Shown: positions 48,269-61,125, numbered from the stretch's first letter. The stretch: DNA of 64,000 bases from an uncultured Verrucomicrobiota bacterium (GCA_964466945.1 CAYXPA010000006.1:189-64188); one strand, 5' to 3'. Notes: generated by a model not told the origin, from the letters alone. Numbers and translations: made by a program.

Positions 48269-48473
48269 AGAAAGCGCGGATTCTTTGAGACGGGGTTGGA
48301 AACGCAAGAAGGAAATCCCGCGCTTAAGTGTGCTCGGCGCATTTCGAGCCATCGGCGTGGGCCGGGAGAAGGTCCCGGTTTGGGAAGCGCACGCGTCCCT
48401 GCGTGCTGCCGTGCTCAACTGTGGCGCATTGGTGCGCGTGTTGCCGTCGGCGCCACCGCTGTTGGCCTTGCCT

Positions 48474-48589
48474 CGTAGCGCAGGTTTCCAACCTGCTGTA
48501 TCGCCGACTTCCAGTCGGCCACGGCAGGGGGTGAGCGGAGCTCCGGCGGGTTGAAAACCCGCGGTACAGCAGACCAGAGGTCTGCGCTA
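48474..48589 (+). repeat. 116-bp variant of the REPIN-like unit, copy 5
   Basis: Same GTAGCGCAGGTTTCCAACCTGC and GCAGACCAGAGGTCTGCGCTAC ends, but the centre is replaced or shortened. Confidence 0.85.
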
Positions 48590-48621
48590 CTCCGTCGAGC
48601 GATTCGCCAGCCGCTCCCGAC

Positions 48622-48656
48622 TTCTGCATCCGGCATCCAGCATCCGGCATCCGACC
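48622..48656 (+). repeat. 7-bp tandem repeat tract (5 units)
   Basis: TCTGCAT CCGGCAT CCAGCAT CCGGCAT CCGACCT. Confidence 0.8.
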
Positions 48657-48778
48657 TCGCTCCACAGCGCCGGCGAGCCGGCGCACTCCAGACGCTTCGC
48701 GAGGTAGGTCGCCGCTGCGCCGGCGCCGCCCATCCGGCCGGGACGCAGCCCGGCCCTACCGCGCGCCGGCGCATGGAG

Positions 48779-48801
48779 TGCGGCAGCTTGCTGCCGCTTT
48801 T
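48779..48801 (+). terminator. terminator-like hairpin module of the repeat (GCGGCAG-CTTG-CTGCCGC + T5)
   Basis: Same module as 15879-15904. Here it sits upstream of rlmI, so a terminator function is doubtful. Confidence 0.25.
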
Positions 48802-49035
48802 TGCCCGGGTGGAACGGCCAACTGGGCCGTGGTCGGCCTGCCTACCGTCAGGCAGGCGGTAACCTGCCGCCGAACCGCCCCGCGCGGTGCACGCGTCCCG
48901 CGCAAAGGAGACGCCCGAGCGCACCATGATTCCCGGGACCATTCCCCGTTTCCAGACTCCCCAAGGACTCGTCGGCCTCGGCGCGGCAATTGGTTCGACG
49001 CCCGCCCGCCGCCGCGCCATGCTGGTTGGGTGCCG

Positions 49036-50346
49036 ATGACGCGCCGTTCGTTTCCGCCTCGCGAAGCCGGTCCCTCCGCGCCGGGCCCCGAAGCGTCGGG
49101 GCCTCCGCGCGCCGAAGAAGCGGCTGCTGGCACGGCCCCGCCCGCGCCCTCCGCGATTCGGGAAACCGCCGACCCCGCCACGTGGGCGCGACCCTGGGTG
49201 CAGCTCAAGTACCTGAGTTTCTCGCCGCAAATTTACCCCGCCATGATCCGGGCGGCTTCGCCCGAGGCCGCCCCGGGCAGTCTGGTGACCGTGTACGACA
49301 AGGAAGGGCGGCGGTTTGGCGCCGGGCTCTATCACCCCCGCGCCCGGGTGCCGCTGCGCATGTTTCACCATGGCGAAGCCCCGTTCGGCGAAGCGGATTT
49401 TCTGGCCCTCCTGGACCGCGCCGTGGCGCTGCGCCTGGACGTGCTGCGGTTGCCCGAGGTGACCGACGCCTTCCGCGTGGTGCACTCGGACGGAGACGGT
49501 TTGAGCGGTCTGATCGTGGACCGGTATGCGGATGTTCTGAGCGTGGAGGTCCACAGCCTGGGTGTCTGGCAGCGGCTCCCGCAATGGTTGCCGCGCCTGC
49601 ACGCCCGGTTGGGTACACGGCACGCGGTGGTCGAGGTCAGCGAGTTCGCCACGCGGGTGGAAGGCATCCCGGCGCTCGCCCCGGAGCGTCCCGCGGTGGC
49701 GCGGGTCAAAATCCGCGAGCACGGCGTCCGCTTCGAGGTGGACTTCGCCCGCGGGCACAAGACCGGCTTTTTCTGCGATCAGCGGGACAACCGCTTGCGC
49801 CTGGCGCGCTGGATCAACCCGACCCACCGCGTGCTGGACCTGTGTTGCTACACGGGCGGTTTCGCCCTGGCCGCCGCCGTGCTGGGGCGGGCCACGGACG
49901 TGACCGGGGTGGACCTGGACGAAGCGGCCATCGCCCAGGCCCGCCGCAACGCAAATCTGAATGGGGTGCGCGTGAGCTGGGTGCACTGCGACGCCTTCAG
50001 TTATGCGCGCCAGATGCAGCGCAACGGGCGGCGCTGGGACGTGGTCGTGGCCGACCCGCCCAAGTTTGTGGCCACGCGCGAGGAGTTCCGCGACGGCCAG
50101 CGCCGGTACGAGGACCTCAACGGCCTGGCGTTGAGCCTGCTGGAGCCCGGCGGCCTGTTGGTGACCTGCTCGTGCTCGGGGCTGGTTGCGGCGGAGGACT
50201 TCGAGCAGTTCGTCTGCCGCGCCGCGCACCGCCAGGGTCGGCGCTTGCAAATCCTGGACCGCACCGGCGCGGGGCCGGACCACCCGGTGATGTCCAACTG
50301 CCCGGAGGGCCGGTACCTCAAGGTCCTTTGGGCGCGGGTGCTCTGA
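49036..50346 (+). CDS. rlmI: class I SAM-dependent rRNA (cytosine-C5) methyltransferase, RlmI-like
   Basis: PUA-like N-terminal domain, VLDLCCYTGGF SAM motif and DPPKF motif. ATG at 49036; the start is uncertain. Confidence 0.75.
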   Translation: MTRRSFPPREAGPSAPGPEASGPPRAEEAAAGTAPPAPSAIRETADPATWARPWVQLKYLSFSPQIYPAMIRAASPEAAPGSLVTVYDKEGRRFGAGLYHPRARVPLRMFHHGEAPFGEADFLALLDRAVALRLDVLRLPEVTDAFRVVHSDGDGLSGLIVDRYADVLSVEVHSLGVWQRLPQWLPRLHARLGTRHAVVEVSEFATRVEGIPALAPERPAVARVKIREHGVRFEVDFARGHKTGFFCDQRDNRLRLARWINPTHRVLDLCCYTGGFALAAAVLGRATDVTGVDLDEAAIAQARRNANLNGVRVSWVHCDAFSYARQMQRNGRRWDVVVADPPKFVATREEFRDGQRRYEDLNGLALSLLEPGGLLVTCSCSGLVAAEDFEQFVCRAAHRQGRRLQILDRTGAGPDHPVMSNCPEGRYLKVLWARVL

Positions 50347-50393
50347 GGTGGAACGATTCGGTTGGTTCCGTGGCGCGACCAACCGGGCCGCAG

Positions 50394-51188
50394 TCAGCGG
50401 GAATCCGCGCCGACTCCGGGTTGTTCCGCTGCCGCGGCCTCCTTCCCAATCCCGAGTCGGGCGTCCAAGTGGGATTTGAGGATGGCCGACCAGAGGCGGT
50501 AGCCGAGCGCGTTGAGGTGCAGGCGGTCGTCGCGGAACAGGTCCGCCGCGGGGCGGCCTTCGGGCGTGAGGAAGGCGTGGGCGGTGGGGATGAAGTGGAC
50601 GCCGGGCCGGCGCGCGCATTCCCGGGCCAGGGCGCGGTTAACCTCCTGAATCTTGGGCCAGGCCGCCCAGCGGGCCGGGGTGGGCGTGATTTCGAGGCAG
50701 AAGATCGGCGCCTCCGGCTGCGCCGCGCGGGCGACCTCGACGAGGTGGCCAAACCAGGCCGCCACCTGCTCGGGGCGGGCGTCGTCCGGAGCGCCGGTCA
50801 CGTCGTTGGCCGCGAACAGGACCAGCGCCCGGAAGCGGTGCGGGCGGATCAGGCGCCGGGCATGGACGGCCACGTCGGCGAAGCGCGCGCCGCCGAAGCC
50901 GCGCGGGATCGGATGGTACGGCGCCAGGTCGGCGACGATCGAGTCCCAGAGGCGAATCGAGGAACTGCCCACCAGCAGGATGCTGTCGGGCGGGTGGCTT
51001 TCGGCGCGGTCGCGGGCCTCGAGGGCGGCGAGGTCCGGTTCCCAGCGGCGGGCGGCGGCGATTTGCTCGGGTCCAGGCTCCGCCGCGAGCAGCAAGCCGG
51101 TCAGCGCGAGCCAAGCCTTTGCGGGGAGCCGGCCAAGGAATGCGGTTTGCACGGGATGGTGGGCGTGGGGCCTGCGGCGGGGGCTCAA
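50394..51188 (-). CDS. SGNH/GDSL family hydrolase (secreted)
   Basis: Block I LLVGSSS and block V DRLHLN. The start is either TTG at 51188, overlapping the kinase stop, or GTG at 51152. Confidence 0.7.
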   Translation of the reverse strand: MSPRRRPHAHHPVQTAFLGRLPAKAWLALTGLLLAAEPGPEQIAAARRWEPDLAALEARDRAESHPPDSILLVGSSSIRLWDSIVADLAPYHPIPRGFGGARFADVAVHARRLIRPHRFRALVLFAANDVTGAPDDARPEQVAAWFGHLVEVARAAQPEAPIFCLEITPTPARWAAWPKIQEVNRALARECARRPGVHFIPTAHAFLTPEGRPAADLFRDDRLHLNALGYRLWSAILKSHLDARLGIGKEAAAAEQPGVGADSR

Positions 51189-54100
51189 CTTTCCAAGACT
51201 TCGCGCACGGCGCGCAGGAGCTGGTCGGAGGTGAAGGGTTTGCTCATGAACCGCTCACCGGGTTGCAGGCCGGGGACGCGGCCGGCCATTTCGGCGCTGT
51301 AGCCGCTGAGGTAGAGCACCTTGAGGCCGGGGCGCTCCTGGCGCAGGCGCCGGCCCAGTTGCTGGCCACTGAGGCCGCCGGGCATGACCAGGTCCGTGAG
51401 CAACAGGGCAATCCTGGGTTGATGGGCCTGCCAGCGTTCAAGGGCCTCGAGCCCGTTGGCAGCTTCGAGCACGGTGTAGCCCCGCCCCTCGAGCACGGTG
51501 CGCATCAATGTCCGCACCGACGCTTCGTCTTCGACCACCAGCACCGTTTCGGCCCCCCGGGTGTTGGGCGTGGTCGCTTGACCGGCCACGAGCGGTGTGG
51601 CGGTGGCACCCTTGGGCCGGGCCGTCAGGTACACCCGGAAGGTCGCCCCCTGGCCGGGCGCGCTCTCCACGGTGATCCAGCCGCGATGTTGCTGGACGAT
51701 GCCGAAGACCGTGGCCAGGCCCAGGCCCGTACCTTTGCCCGGTTCCTTGGTGGTGAAAAACGGCTCGAAGATGTGGGGGAGGACCTCGGGCGCGATGCCC
51801 GCGCCGGTGTCGCGCACGGCGAGGCAGACGTACGACGCGGGCGTGGCGCCGGGTTGGTTTCGGGCGGCGGCTTCGTCCAGCACCAGTTCGGAGGTTTCGA
51901 TGGTGAGAGTGCCCCCTTCGGGCATGGCGTCGCGAGCATTGATGGCCAGGTTCATCAGCACCTGGTCGAGCATCCCGGGGTCGGCGTGGAGCCGGAGGGG
52001 GTGCGGGTGAAGTTTCCACTCCAAGTGAATGTCCTCGCCGAGCGTGCGCTGGAGCATCTTGCCCAGGCTGGTGGTCTGCTCGTTGAGGTCCACGTCCCGG
52101 GGCTGGAGGACCTGGCGGCGGCTGAACAGGAGCAACTGGCGAGCGAGGTTGGCGGCGCGCTCGGCCGCGGCGCGTATCTGGTGGATGCCCTCGCGGGCGC
52201 GCTCCGGCAGGCCGGTCATTTGGGCGGTGACCTCGGCCTGCATCATGATCACGGCCAGGATGTTGTTGAAGTCGTGCGCCACGCCGCCGGCCAGCCGGCC
52301 GATGGCTTCCATCTTTTGGACCTGCCGGAACTGTTCCTCGAGGCGGAGCTGGTCGGTGATGTCGCGGGCGTTGACCACGATGCGGGTTTGTGTGCCGGCG
52401 CCGGAGAGGAAGCGGCCGTAGGCCTCGAGGGTGCGCCACTGGCCGGCGCTGTTGCGGACGCGGCATTCCACGCGGGTGGGTTCGTGGTTGGCCGCGCGGT
52501 CGGCGGACAGTTCGAGAAGGCAGCGAATAGAAGCGGTCACTTCCGCGGCATCATCCGGGTGAAGGTAGTCGAACAAGTTGGCGCCGATGAGGCTTTCCGC
52601 GTGATAACCCAGCAGGCGCAGGCTGGTGGGGCTTTGGTAAAGGATCACCCCCTGGGGGTTGATCACGGTGATGAGGTCGGAGGCATTTTCGATGAGCGAG
52701 CGGAAGTGGGCCTCGCGCTGTTCGAGCACTTGGGCGGCTTCGTGACGGGCGGTGTCGTCGAGCACCAGGCCCTCGAGGGCCACGACCCGGCCCTGCTCAT
52801 CATACACGCCCCGGCCCTGTTCCCAGACCCAGCACTCCTCGCCGTTGGCGCGGACCAGGCGGTAGTTGAGCACGAAGGGCTCGTGGCGGGCCAGGGCCTC
52901 TTGCACCTGCTCCCAGACCTGGCTGCGGTCCTTGGGGTGGATGAGGTCGGCATAGGCCTCGCGCCGGTTGCCCACCAGGTCTTCCGGCGGGTGGCCCGTG
53001 AGGGCCAGCGCGCCGGCGCTGACGAATTCAATGGTCCAGTGCTCGTCATTGCGGCAGCGGTAGGCCATGCCGGGCAGGTTGCTCAGGAAGGTGGACAACT
53101 GCCGCTCGCGCTCGCGCAGCTCCGCCTCCGCCCGCTTGCGCTCGGTGATGTCCCGCACCACGGCCAGGACGCGCCCGGCCCCGCCAATGGCCGTGCCGCG
53201 CAGCGAGACCTCGACCCAGAAGCGTTCGCCGTTGGCCTTGCGGGCCTGCCACTCGAAGACCTGCGGGCCTTCGCGCGCAGCCAACCGAATACGCTCGAGG
53301 GCCGCTTCCGGGGTGTGCGGCGGTTCATTGGCAGAGAGGTCGGCCAGGTGAACAGCCAGGGCCTCGGCCTTCGAGGCAAAGCCGTAGAGGCGCACCATCG
53401 CTTCGTTTACGTCCAGAATTTGCCCGCTGGCGGCGTCGAGCAGGAAAATGGCCTCGCTGACCGCGTTGAAAATCTCGCGGTAGTTTTGTTCGCTGCGCGC
53501 GAGCGAGGCCTCGGCGGCCTTGCGCTCCGAGATGTCGTGCAGGGCGGACAGGGCAATGTGCCCGCGCGCGTCGGTCACCAAAACGGTGGACAGCTCGACC
53601 CAGAACGGTTGGCCGTCGGTGCGCTGGAACCGGATTTCCGGGCGGTACGCCTGGCCGTGGCGCTCGAGTTCGACCCGGATGCCGCGGGCGTCCTTGGGCT
53701 GGGCGTAAAAGCGCAGGGTCGGCTGGCCCACGGCCTCGGTCGGGGTGATGCCGAACAGGTGGGCGGCCCTGGGGTTGACAAATTCGATGGTGTAGCCGGG
53801 CAGGCGCGTGACCACCACCGCCACCGGCAGGGCGTCCACCAGTTGCCGGAACCGGGCCTCGCTCTGCGTCAGGGTCCGGGTGGCCAGTTCCCGGCGCAGG
53901 CGGTTGACCATCACCCAGCCCAGCAAGGAGGTGGCCAGCGGATAAATCAGCATCGCTGGCGGCGCAAGGTCGCTCAAAACTCGCTTCGCCACCGGCCACG
54001 GGAGGGTCAGCGTCAGGACCGCAAACATCGCCGCGTGCGCCAGGAAGCCGAAGACCAGGAGCTGACCCCAGGACAGGTCGGCCAAGGGCTGGCGCCGGAG

Positions 54101-54469
54101 ATGCCGCCAGAGCAGGCCCAGCCCGCCGGTGGTGAGAATGGCCGCCACTCCGGGCCAGGCCGCCACGCCTCCCAGCATGAGCCGATAGATGGAGGTCATG
54201 ACCATCGCCACCGTGGTGGGAATCCAGCCCAGAAAGAGGCCGGACATGCTCAAAAGCACGGAACGGGTGTCGAACACCACTCCGGGCTCGAGGACGTAGG
54301 CGCTGGCAATCAGGCCCACGCCAAAAAAACCGACCACCAAGCCGGCAATCACCTGGGCCGGCCATTTCCACTCCAGGCGCCGCTGGCTGGTCACCAGGTC
54401 GAAGAACAACACCAGCGCCATCAGCAGCGCGGTGTTTTGCAGCAGGGCGGTCAGGGCGGGGGGAGGCAT
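51185..54469 (-). CDS. hybrid sensor histidine kinase (5TMR-LYT-like membrane domain, multiple PAS, HisKA, HATPase_c, receiver)
   Basis: 1094 aa. N-terminal multi-TM LytS/YhcK-type region, repeated PAS/PAC, HDFNNIL H-box, GLGLATV G2 box and a C-terminal REC domain (VLVVEDE...DLVMPG). Confidence 0.9.
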   Translation of the reverse strand: MPPPALTALLQNTALLMALVLFFDLVTSQRRLEWKWPAQVIAGLVVGFFGVGLIASAYVLEPGVVFDTRSVLLSMSGLFLGWIPTTVAMVMTSIYRLMLGGVAAWPGVAAILTTGGLGLLWRHLRRQPLADLSWGQLLVFGFLAHAAMFAVLTLTLPWPVAKRVLSDLAPPAMLIYPLATSLLGWVMVNRLRRELATRTLTQSEARFRQLVDALPVAVVVTRLPGYTIEFVNPRAAHLFGITPTEAVGQPTLRFYAQPKDARGIRVELERHGQAYRPEIRFQRTDGQPFWVELSTVLVTDARGHIALSALHDISERKAAEASLARSEQNYREIFNAVSEAIFLLDAASGQILDVNEAMVRLYGFASKAEALAVHLADLSANEPPHTPEAALERIRLAAREGPQVFEWQARKANGERFWVEVSLRGTAIGGAGRVLAVVRDITERKRAEAELRERERQLSTFLSNLPGMAYRCRNDEHWTIEFVSAGALALTGHPPEDLVGNRREAYADLIHPKDRSQVWEQVQEALARHEPFVLNYRLVRANGEECWVWEQGRGVYDEQGRVVALEGLVLDDTARHEAAQVLEQREAHFRSLIENASDLITVINPQGVILYQSPTSLRLLGYHAESLIGANLFDYLHPDDAAEVTASIRCLLELSADRAANHEPTRVECRVRNSAGQWRTLEAYGRFLSGAGTQTRIVVNARDITDQLRLEEQFRQVQKMEAIGRLAGGVAHDFNNILAVIMMQAEVTAQMTGLPERAREGIHQIRAAAERAANLARQLLLFSRRQVLQPRDVDLNEQTTSLGKMLQRTLGEDIHLEWKLHPHPLRLHADPGMLDQVLMNLAINARDAMPEGGTLTIETSELVLDEAAARNQPGATPASYVCLAVRDTGAGIAPEVLPHIFEPFFTTKEPGKGTGLGLATVFGIVQQHRGWITVESAPGQGATFRVYLTARPKGATATPLVAGQATTPNTRGAETVLVVEDEASVRTLMRTVLEGRGYTVLEAANGLEALERWQAHQPRIALLLTDLVMPGGLSGQQLGRRLRQERPGLKVLYLSGYSAEMAGRVPGLQPGERFMSKPFTSDQLLRAVREVLES

Positions 54470-54733
54470 ATCGCGGCGCGCTTAAGGAATTGACAGGCCG
54501 CAGGCGGCAGGCGCCCTGGTGCAACCTCAGCCTGATTGGAGGCTCCGACGTCCATGCAGCAATACCCTGCAATTTAGCCCGGTTGAACGAAAGCGTCAAG
54601 CCACAAACCGGGCGGCGGCCGAAGGGAAAAACTCCGGGCTCCGAGCCGGGCCCGGGTCGGCAGGGCTTGGTTGGGTGGGAATTCACCGCGGGCGGTGGCC
54701 CAGAGCCGTGGTCAGCGGGCCGCCCGCGCGGCT

Positions 54734-57838
<3,105 letters not shown>

Positions 57839-57858
57839 GCGATAGAAAACGCTATTCC

Positions 57859-57887
57859 AGCGTACGGGAACGGACCGGAGCCGTCAA
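57859..57887 (-). promoter_or_regulatory. candidate secA promoter
   Basis: Minus strand reads TTGACG-17 nt-TACGCT, about 20 nt upstream of the ATG. Pattern only. Confidence 0.25.
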
Positions 57888-57997
57888 AGCAATTGGACCG
57901 CGCCGAAGGCAAAGGCGCCTCGACACCTTGAGGGCGAAGGCCCACGCCCTTGGGCGAACGGTGGGCCGTGGCGGCAGGTATTCTGGCTGCCTAGGTC

Positions 57998-59338
57998 TCA
58001 ACCACCCAGACCCAACTCCGTCCACACCCGGCGCAGGCACTCCACCAGGTACCGGTCCACCCGTTCGGTAAACCTGGGGCCGACCCGAACTTGCACGAAG
58101 CGGTCGAGTACCCAGGCCGTCTGCGGGCAGGTGTCCGCCCCGTAACGCAGGGCTCGGCCCTCGGGCGATTGGAACGACGGCCAGGCCGGGTGCCGCGTGC
58201 GTTTGGCGATCACGGCCTCCTCCGCCGGCAGAAACACCGAGCCGATCAGCGTCGAGGCCGGCACGTTCAGCCGCCGCAACGCCGCGATGCACCGGTCGCG
58301 CGCGGCCCGGTCGCGCACCTCGAAGAAGGCCGCCGTGCCGATGTCCCCCGCCGGGTCGGGCTGGTGGCGCAGCCGGACCCCGGGCAATTCTCGGAGGCCC
58401 GCGTACAGCGCGCCGGCGTGGCGGCGGAGATCGGCCACCATGCGGTCAAGCTTGGGCAACTGCGCGCCCAGCACCGCGCCGGTCAGTTCGCTCATGCGGA
58501 AGTTTTCGCCGGCGAAGATGTTTTCGCGCGCGCCGCCGGTCCGTTGTTCAAACAACGGCCGGTACAGGCCCATGTCGTGGAAGCGCACGGCGCGCTCGTA
58601 CAGCCGGGGGTCGTTCGTCACCACCGCCCCGCCCTCGCCGGAGGTCATCGTCTTGTTGATCTGGAAGCTGTAGATGCCCACGTCGCCCAGCGACCCCAGC
58701 TTGCGCCCCCGGTAACTGCCGCCCACGCACTGCGCGCAGTCCTCGACCACCGCGATGCCCCGCGCGCGCGCCGTGGCCAGGATCGCGTCCATGTCGCACG
58801 GTCCGCCCAGCAGATGCACGGCAATCACGGCCCGGGTGCGCGGGGTGATCTTCCGCGCGAAATCGGCGGGGTCCAGCGTCAGCGAGCGGTCCAGTTCGGC
58901 AAAGACCGGCAACGCGCCGGCTTGGACCACGCAGGTGTAATCCGACCACCACGTGTACGCCGGCACGATCACCTCGTCGCCGGGGCCGATGCCCAGCGCG
59001 GCCATCGCGCAATCCAACGCCGCCGTGCCGGAAGTCACCCCCAACGCAAACTTCACGCCCATGTACCGGGCAAACGCCTCCTCGAACGCCTGCACCTTCA
59101 CCGGCCGGCCGGGACCCCAGAAACGAAACGGCGAGGCCGCCTCCCACACCTCGAGGAGCGCGCGCCGTTCGGCCTCGTCAAAGTAGGCCGGTCCTACGTA
59201 GCCCGGGTCGGTGTTCAAGTCCGCTTCCGCCCCCTGGCCGGGCCGGGCCGAGGCCCAGGCGGCCGCGGCCAGTGTGCCGGTGAGAAAGGCGCGGCGGTTT
59301 ACGGATGCGGGCGCACCCGGGCGGGCCGGGGTTGACAT
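57998..59338 (-). CDS. DegT/DnrJ/EryC1/StrS family PLP aminotransferase with Tat signal
   Basis: SVNRRAFLTGTLAAAAWASA twin-arginine signal and SFQINKTMTSGEGG PLP-lysine motif. ATG at 59338; alternative ATG at 59404. Confidence 0.8.
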   Translation of the reverse strand: MSTPARPGAPASVNRRAFLTGTLAAAAWASARPGQGAEADLNTDPGYVGPAYFDEAERRALLEVWEAASPFRFWGPGRPVKVQAFEEAFARYMGVKFALGVTSGTAALDCAMAALGIGPGDEVIVPAYTWWSDYTCVVQAGALPVFAELDRSLTLDPADFARKITPRTRAVIAVHLLGGPCDMDAILATARARGIAVVEDCAQCVGGSYRGRKLGSLGDVGIYSFQINKTMTSGEGGAVVTNDPRLYERAVRFHDMGLYRPLFEQRTGGARENIFAGENFRMSELTGAVLGAQLPKLDRMVADLRRHAGALYAGLRELPGVRLRHQPDPAGDIGTAAFFEVRDRAARDRCIAALRRLNVPASTLIGSVFLPAEEAVIAKRTRHPAWPSFQSPEGRALRYGADTCPQTAWVLDRFVQVRVGPRFTERVDRYLVECLRRVWTELGLGG

Positions 59339-59794
59339 GGGCTTTTCAGTTTTACGCCCCCGGTTCGGGGCCTCGCGCGTCGGAAGTGGTTTCGCGGCTT
59401 TCATGGCAGGGGAACACTCGGGAACGGCGCCACGCTCGCGCAGCCCCGGGCCGGGCGCAAGTCCCCATACGCGTCCAGGGCCAACGGCGGCGCCTCTCTG
59501 TGACTTGAGATGCTTGGGCCGGGTGGTTGACCGCACCCTGCGGGCCTTCTGCCAGCGGCTGCAGGCGGCGGCCACGCCGGCCAAAGTCGCCCCGACAGCG
59601 ATGTGCCCCAAAACCGGTGTCGTGCTGATGCGCCTCGGGCTAAAACTCTGGTCAGCCTCGGAAATCCAAGGACCGTTGCTGCCGCAGCGGTGGTTCAAGT
59701 CCGGTCCATTGCCAGGAGGGAGTTGCGACCCGGTCGGTCCCGGGCCGAACCGGCCATTGACCCGGCGTCGCCGGCGCGTAAGTTCAAGCGGACC

Positions 59795-60637
59795 ATGAAA
59801 ACCAGCCGAGCCATTTTCCTCTTGGGCGGTTTTTCCAGCGGATTGGCCGCCGCATTGTTGGTGCTTGTCGCCGTGCTGGGTTGGGAAACGCTTTCCTTGC
59901 GCGACCGCCTGGCCGAGGCGCAGCAGCGGCACCAGACCGCAGCCGCCGAACTGGCCCGCCTCCAGGCCCACCTGGACCAGACCGAATCCCGCCTGACCGA
60001 ACACCGCACACAACTCGAGACCCTCCGCGCCGAAGTGGACGCCCGCCGCGACGCGCAAACCACCAACGCGCCGGCGCCCTCCGCCACGCGCGTGCGGGTC
60101 TTTGCCAACGGCCGCTATCTCGGCACGGGTTGGATGCAGTCGGGCGATGCCCGAGCACCGGAAGCCACGGTTCATTTGGAGGGACCGGCCGCAGCCGCTG
60201 CAGGCGAATCTGCACCGCGGGCGACGGCGGCCGTGACCGCCTTCAGCGTGGCCCAGCATTACCCGGGTTGGCCCTGGCTTTGGACCGTGGGCTGGCTGGT
60301 GGGGGAGCCTACCAACAACACGCCGGCTCCCGGGAGCAACCCGGTGACTGGAAACGCCCCGTCCAATCCGCCGGCCAATCCTGATCCCCCGTCGGGGAAT
60401 GTGTTTGTGGCCCGGGCCGCCCGAACGGCCGGAACGTTGGCTTGGCCCGGCGGGGTGTGGCGCACTGTACCGGGCTCGGGCCAACCCCGGATCGAACTGC
60501 CGCAGCCCTCCCCGCGGCGTCCCGGGCTTGCTCCCGGATCGAGTCGCGCGCTGCCGACGGCAAGCTCGGCGCAAACAGCCCCGTTGCCGGGCCGCCCGGC
60601 GGCTCCGCGCGTGGACCGGCCCGTTGTCCGACGCTGA
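59795..60637 (+). CDS. hypothetical membrane-anchored coiled-coil / Pro-rich protein
   Basis: ATG at 59795. TM (AIFLLGGFSSGLAAALLVLVAVL), a ~70-aa coiled coil, then a Pro-rich C-terminus. No family recognised. Confidence 0.5.
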   Translation: MKTSRAIFLLGGFSSGLAAALLVLVAVLGWETLSLRDRLAEAQQRHQTAAAELARLQAHLDQTESRLTEHRTQLETLRAEVDARRDAQTTNAPAPSATRVRVFANGRYLGTGWMQSGDARAPEATVHLEGPAAAAAGESAPRATAAVTAFSVAQHYPGWPWLWTVGWLVGEPTNNTPAPGSNPVTGNAPSNPPANPDPPSGNVFVARAARTAGTLAWPGGVWRTVPGSGQPRIELPQPSPRRPGLAPGSSRALPTASSAQTAPLPGRPAAPRVDRPVVRR

Positions 60638-60678
60638 AACGCTTGGACAGTTCAGCCAGGCCGGCCTAGCCTGCGGTC

Positions 60679-61125
60679 ATGCGCATCCTGTTCCTGAACG
60701 GGCCGAACCTGAACTGGCTCGGGCGCCGCGAGCCGGAAATTTATGGCCGGACCAGCCTGGCGGACATTGAGGCGGCGGTGCGTCAACGCGCGGCCCAGCG
60801 GGGGGTCGAAGTTGAGTTCCGGCAAACCAACTCGGAAGGGCAGTTGGTGGACTGGATTCAACAGGCGGCCGGCCAGTTCGACGCGGTGGTGCTCAACGCC
60901 GGGGCGTACACCCACACCAGCATCGCCTTGCGTGACGCCATTGCGGCCACGGGCATCCCCACGGTGGAAATCCACCTTTCTAACGTTCACGCCCGCGAGG
61001 AATTCCGCCGGCACTCGATGATTGCGCCGGTGTGCCGGGGCGTGATTTGCGGCTTCGGCGCCGCCAGTTACCTGCTGGGGTTGGAAGCGGTGATCGCTAA
61101 CGGCGCGGCATCGCCCAAAAATTGA
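60679..61125 (+). CDS. aroQ: type II 3-dehydroquinate dehydratase
   Basis: [23 protein letters not shown]...[12 protein letters not shown] is a canonical AroQ. Confidence 0.95.
   Translation: MRILFLNGPNLNWLGRREPEIYGRTSLADIEAAVRQRAAQRGVEVEFRQTNSEGQLVDWIQQAAGQFDAVVLNAGAYTHTSIALRDAIAATGIPTVEIHLSNVHAREEFRRHSMIAPVCRGVICGFGAASYLLGLEAVIANGAASPKN

Larger units (their letters stand above)
48474..48870. repeat. mosaic palindromic repeat locus 4
   Basis: Variant unit, heptamers, GC-rich module, terminator-like hairpin and palindrome module. It lies between divergent gene starts (48268 and 49036). Confidence 0.85.

Noticed and set aside
50347-50393. The hairpin GGTTGGT-11 nt-ACCAACC between the convergent rlmI and SGNH genes as a bidirectional terminator.
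   Set aside because: There is no U-rich tract on either strand and the loop is long. It is recorded only as a possibility.
59680-59725. A tRNA-like T-loop sequence (GGTGGTTCAAGTCCGGTCC) in the 456-bp spacer.
   Set aside because: The T-stem pairs poorly. No matching acceptor 5' strand (GCAATGG) or anticodon arm lies upstream. It is not a tRNA or a convincing tRNA remnant.
57998-60574. The 858-aa ORF suggesting a much larger fusion protein upstream of the DegT aminotransferase.
   Set aside because: The N-terminal ~410 aa are Arg/Gly-rich with no domain, and they overlap the better-supported plus-strand gene at 59795-60637. The Tat signal immediately after the ATG at 59338 marks the real start.
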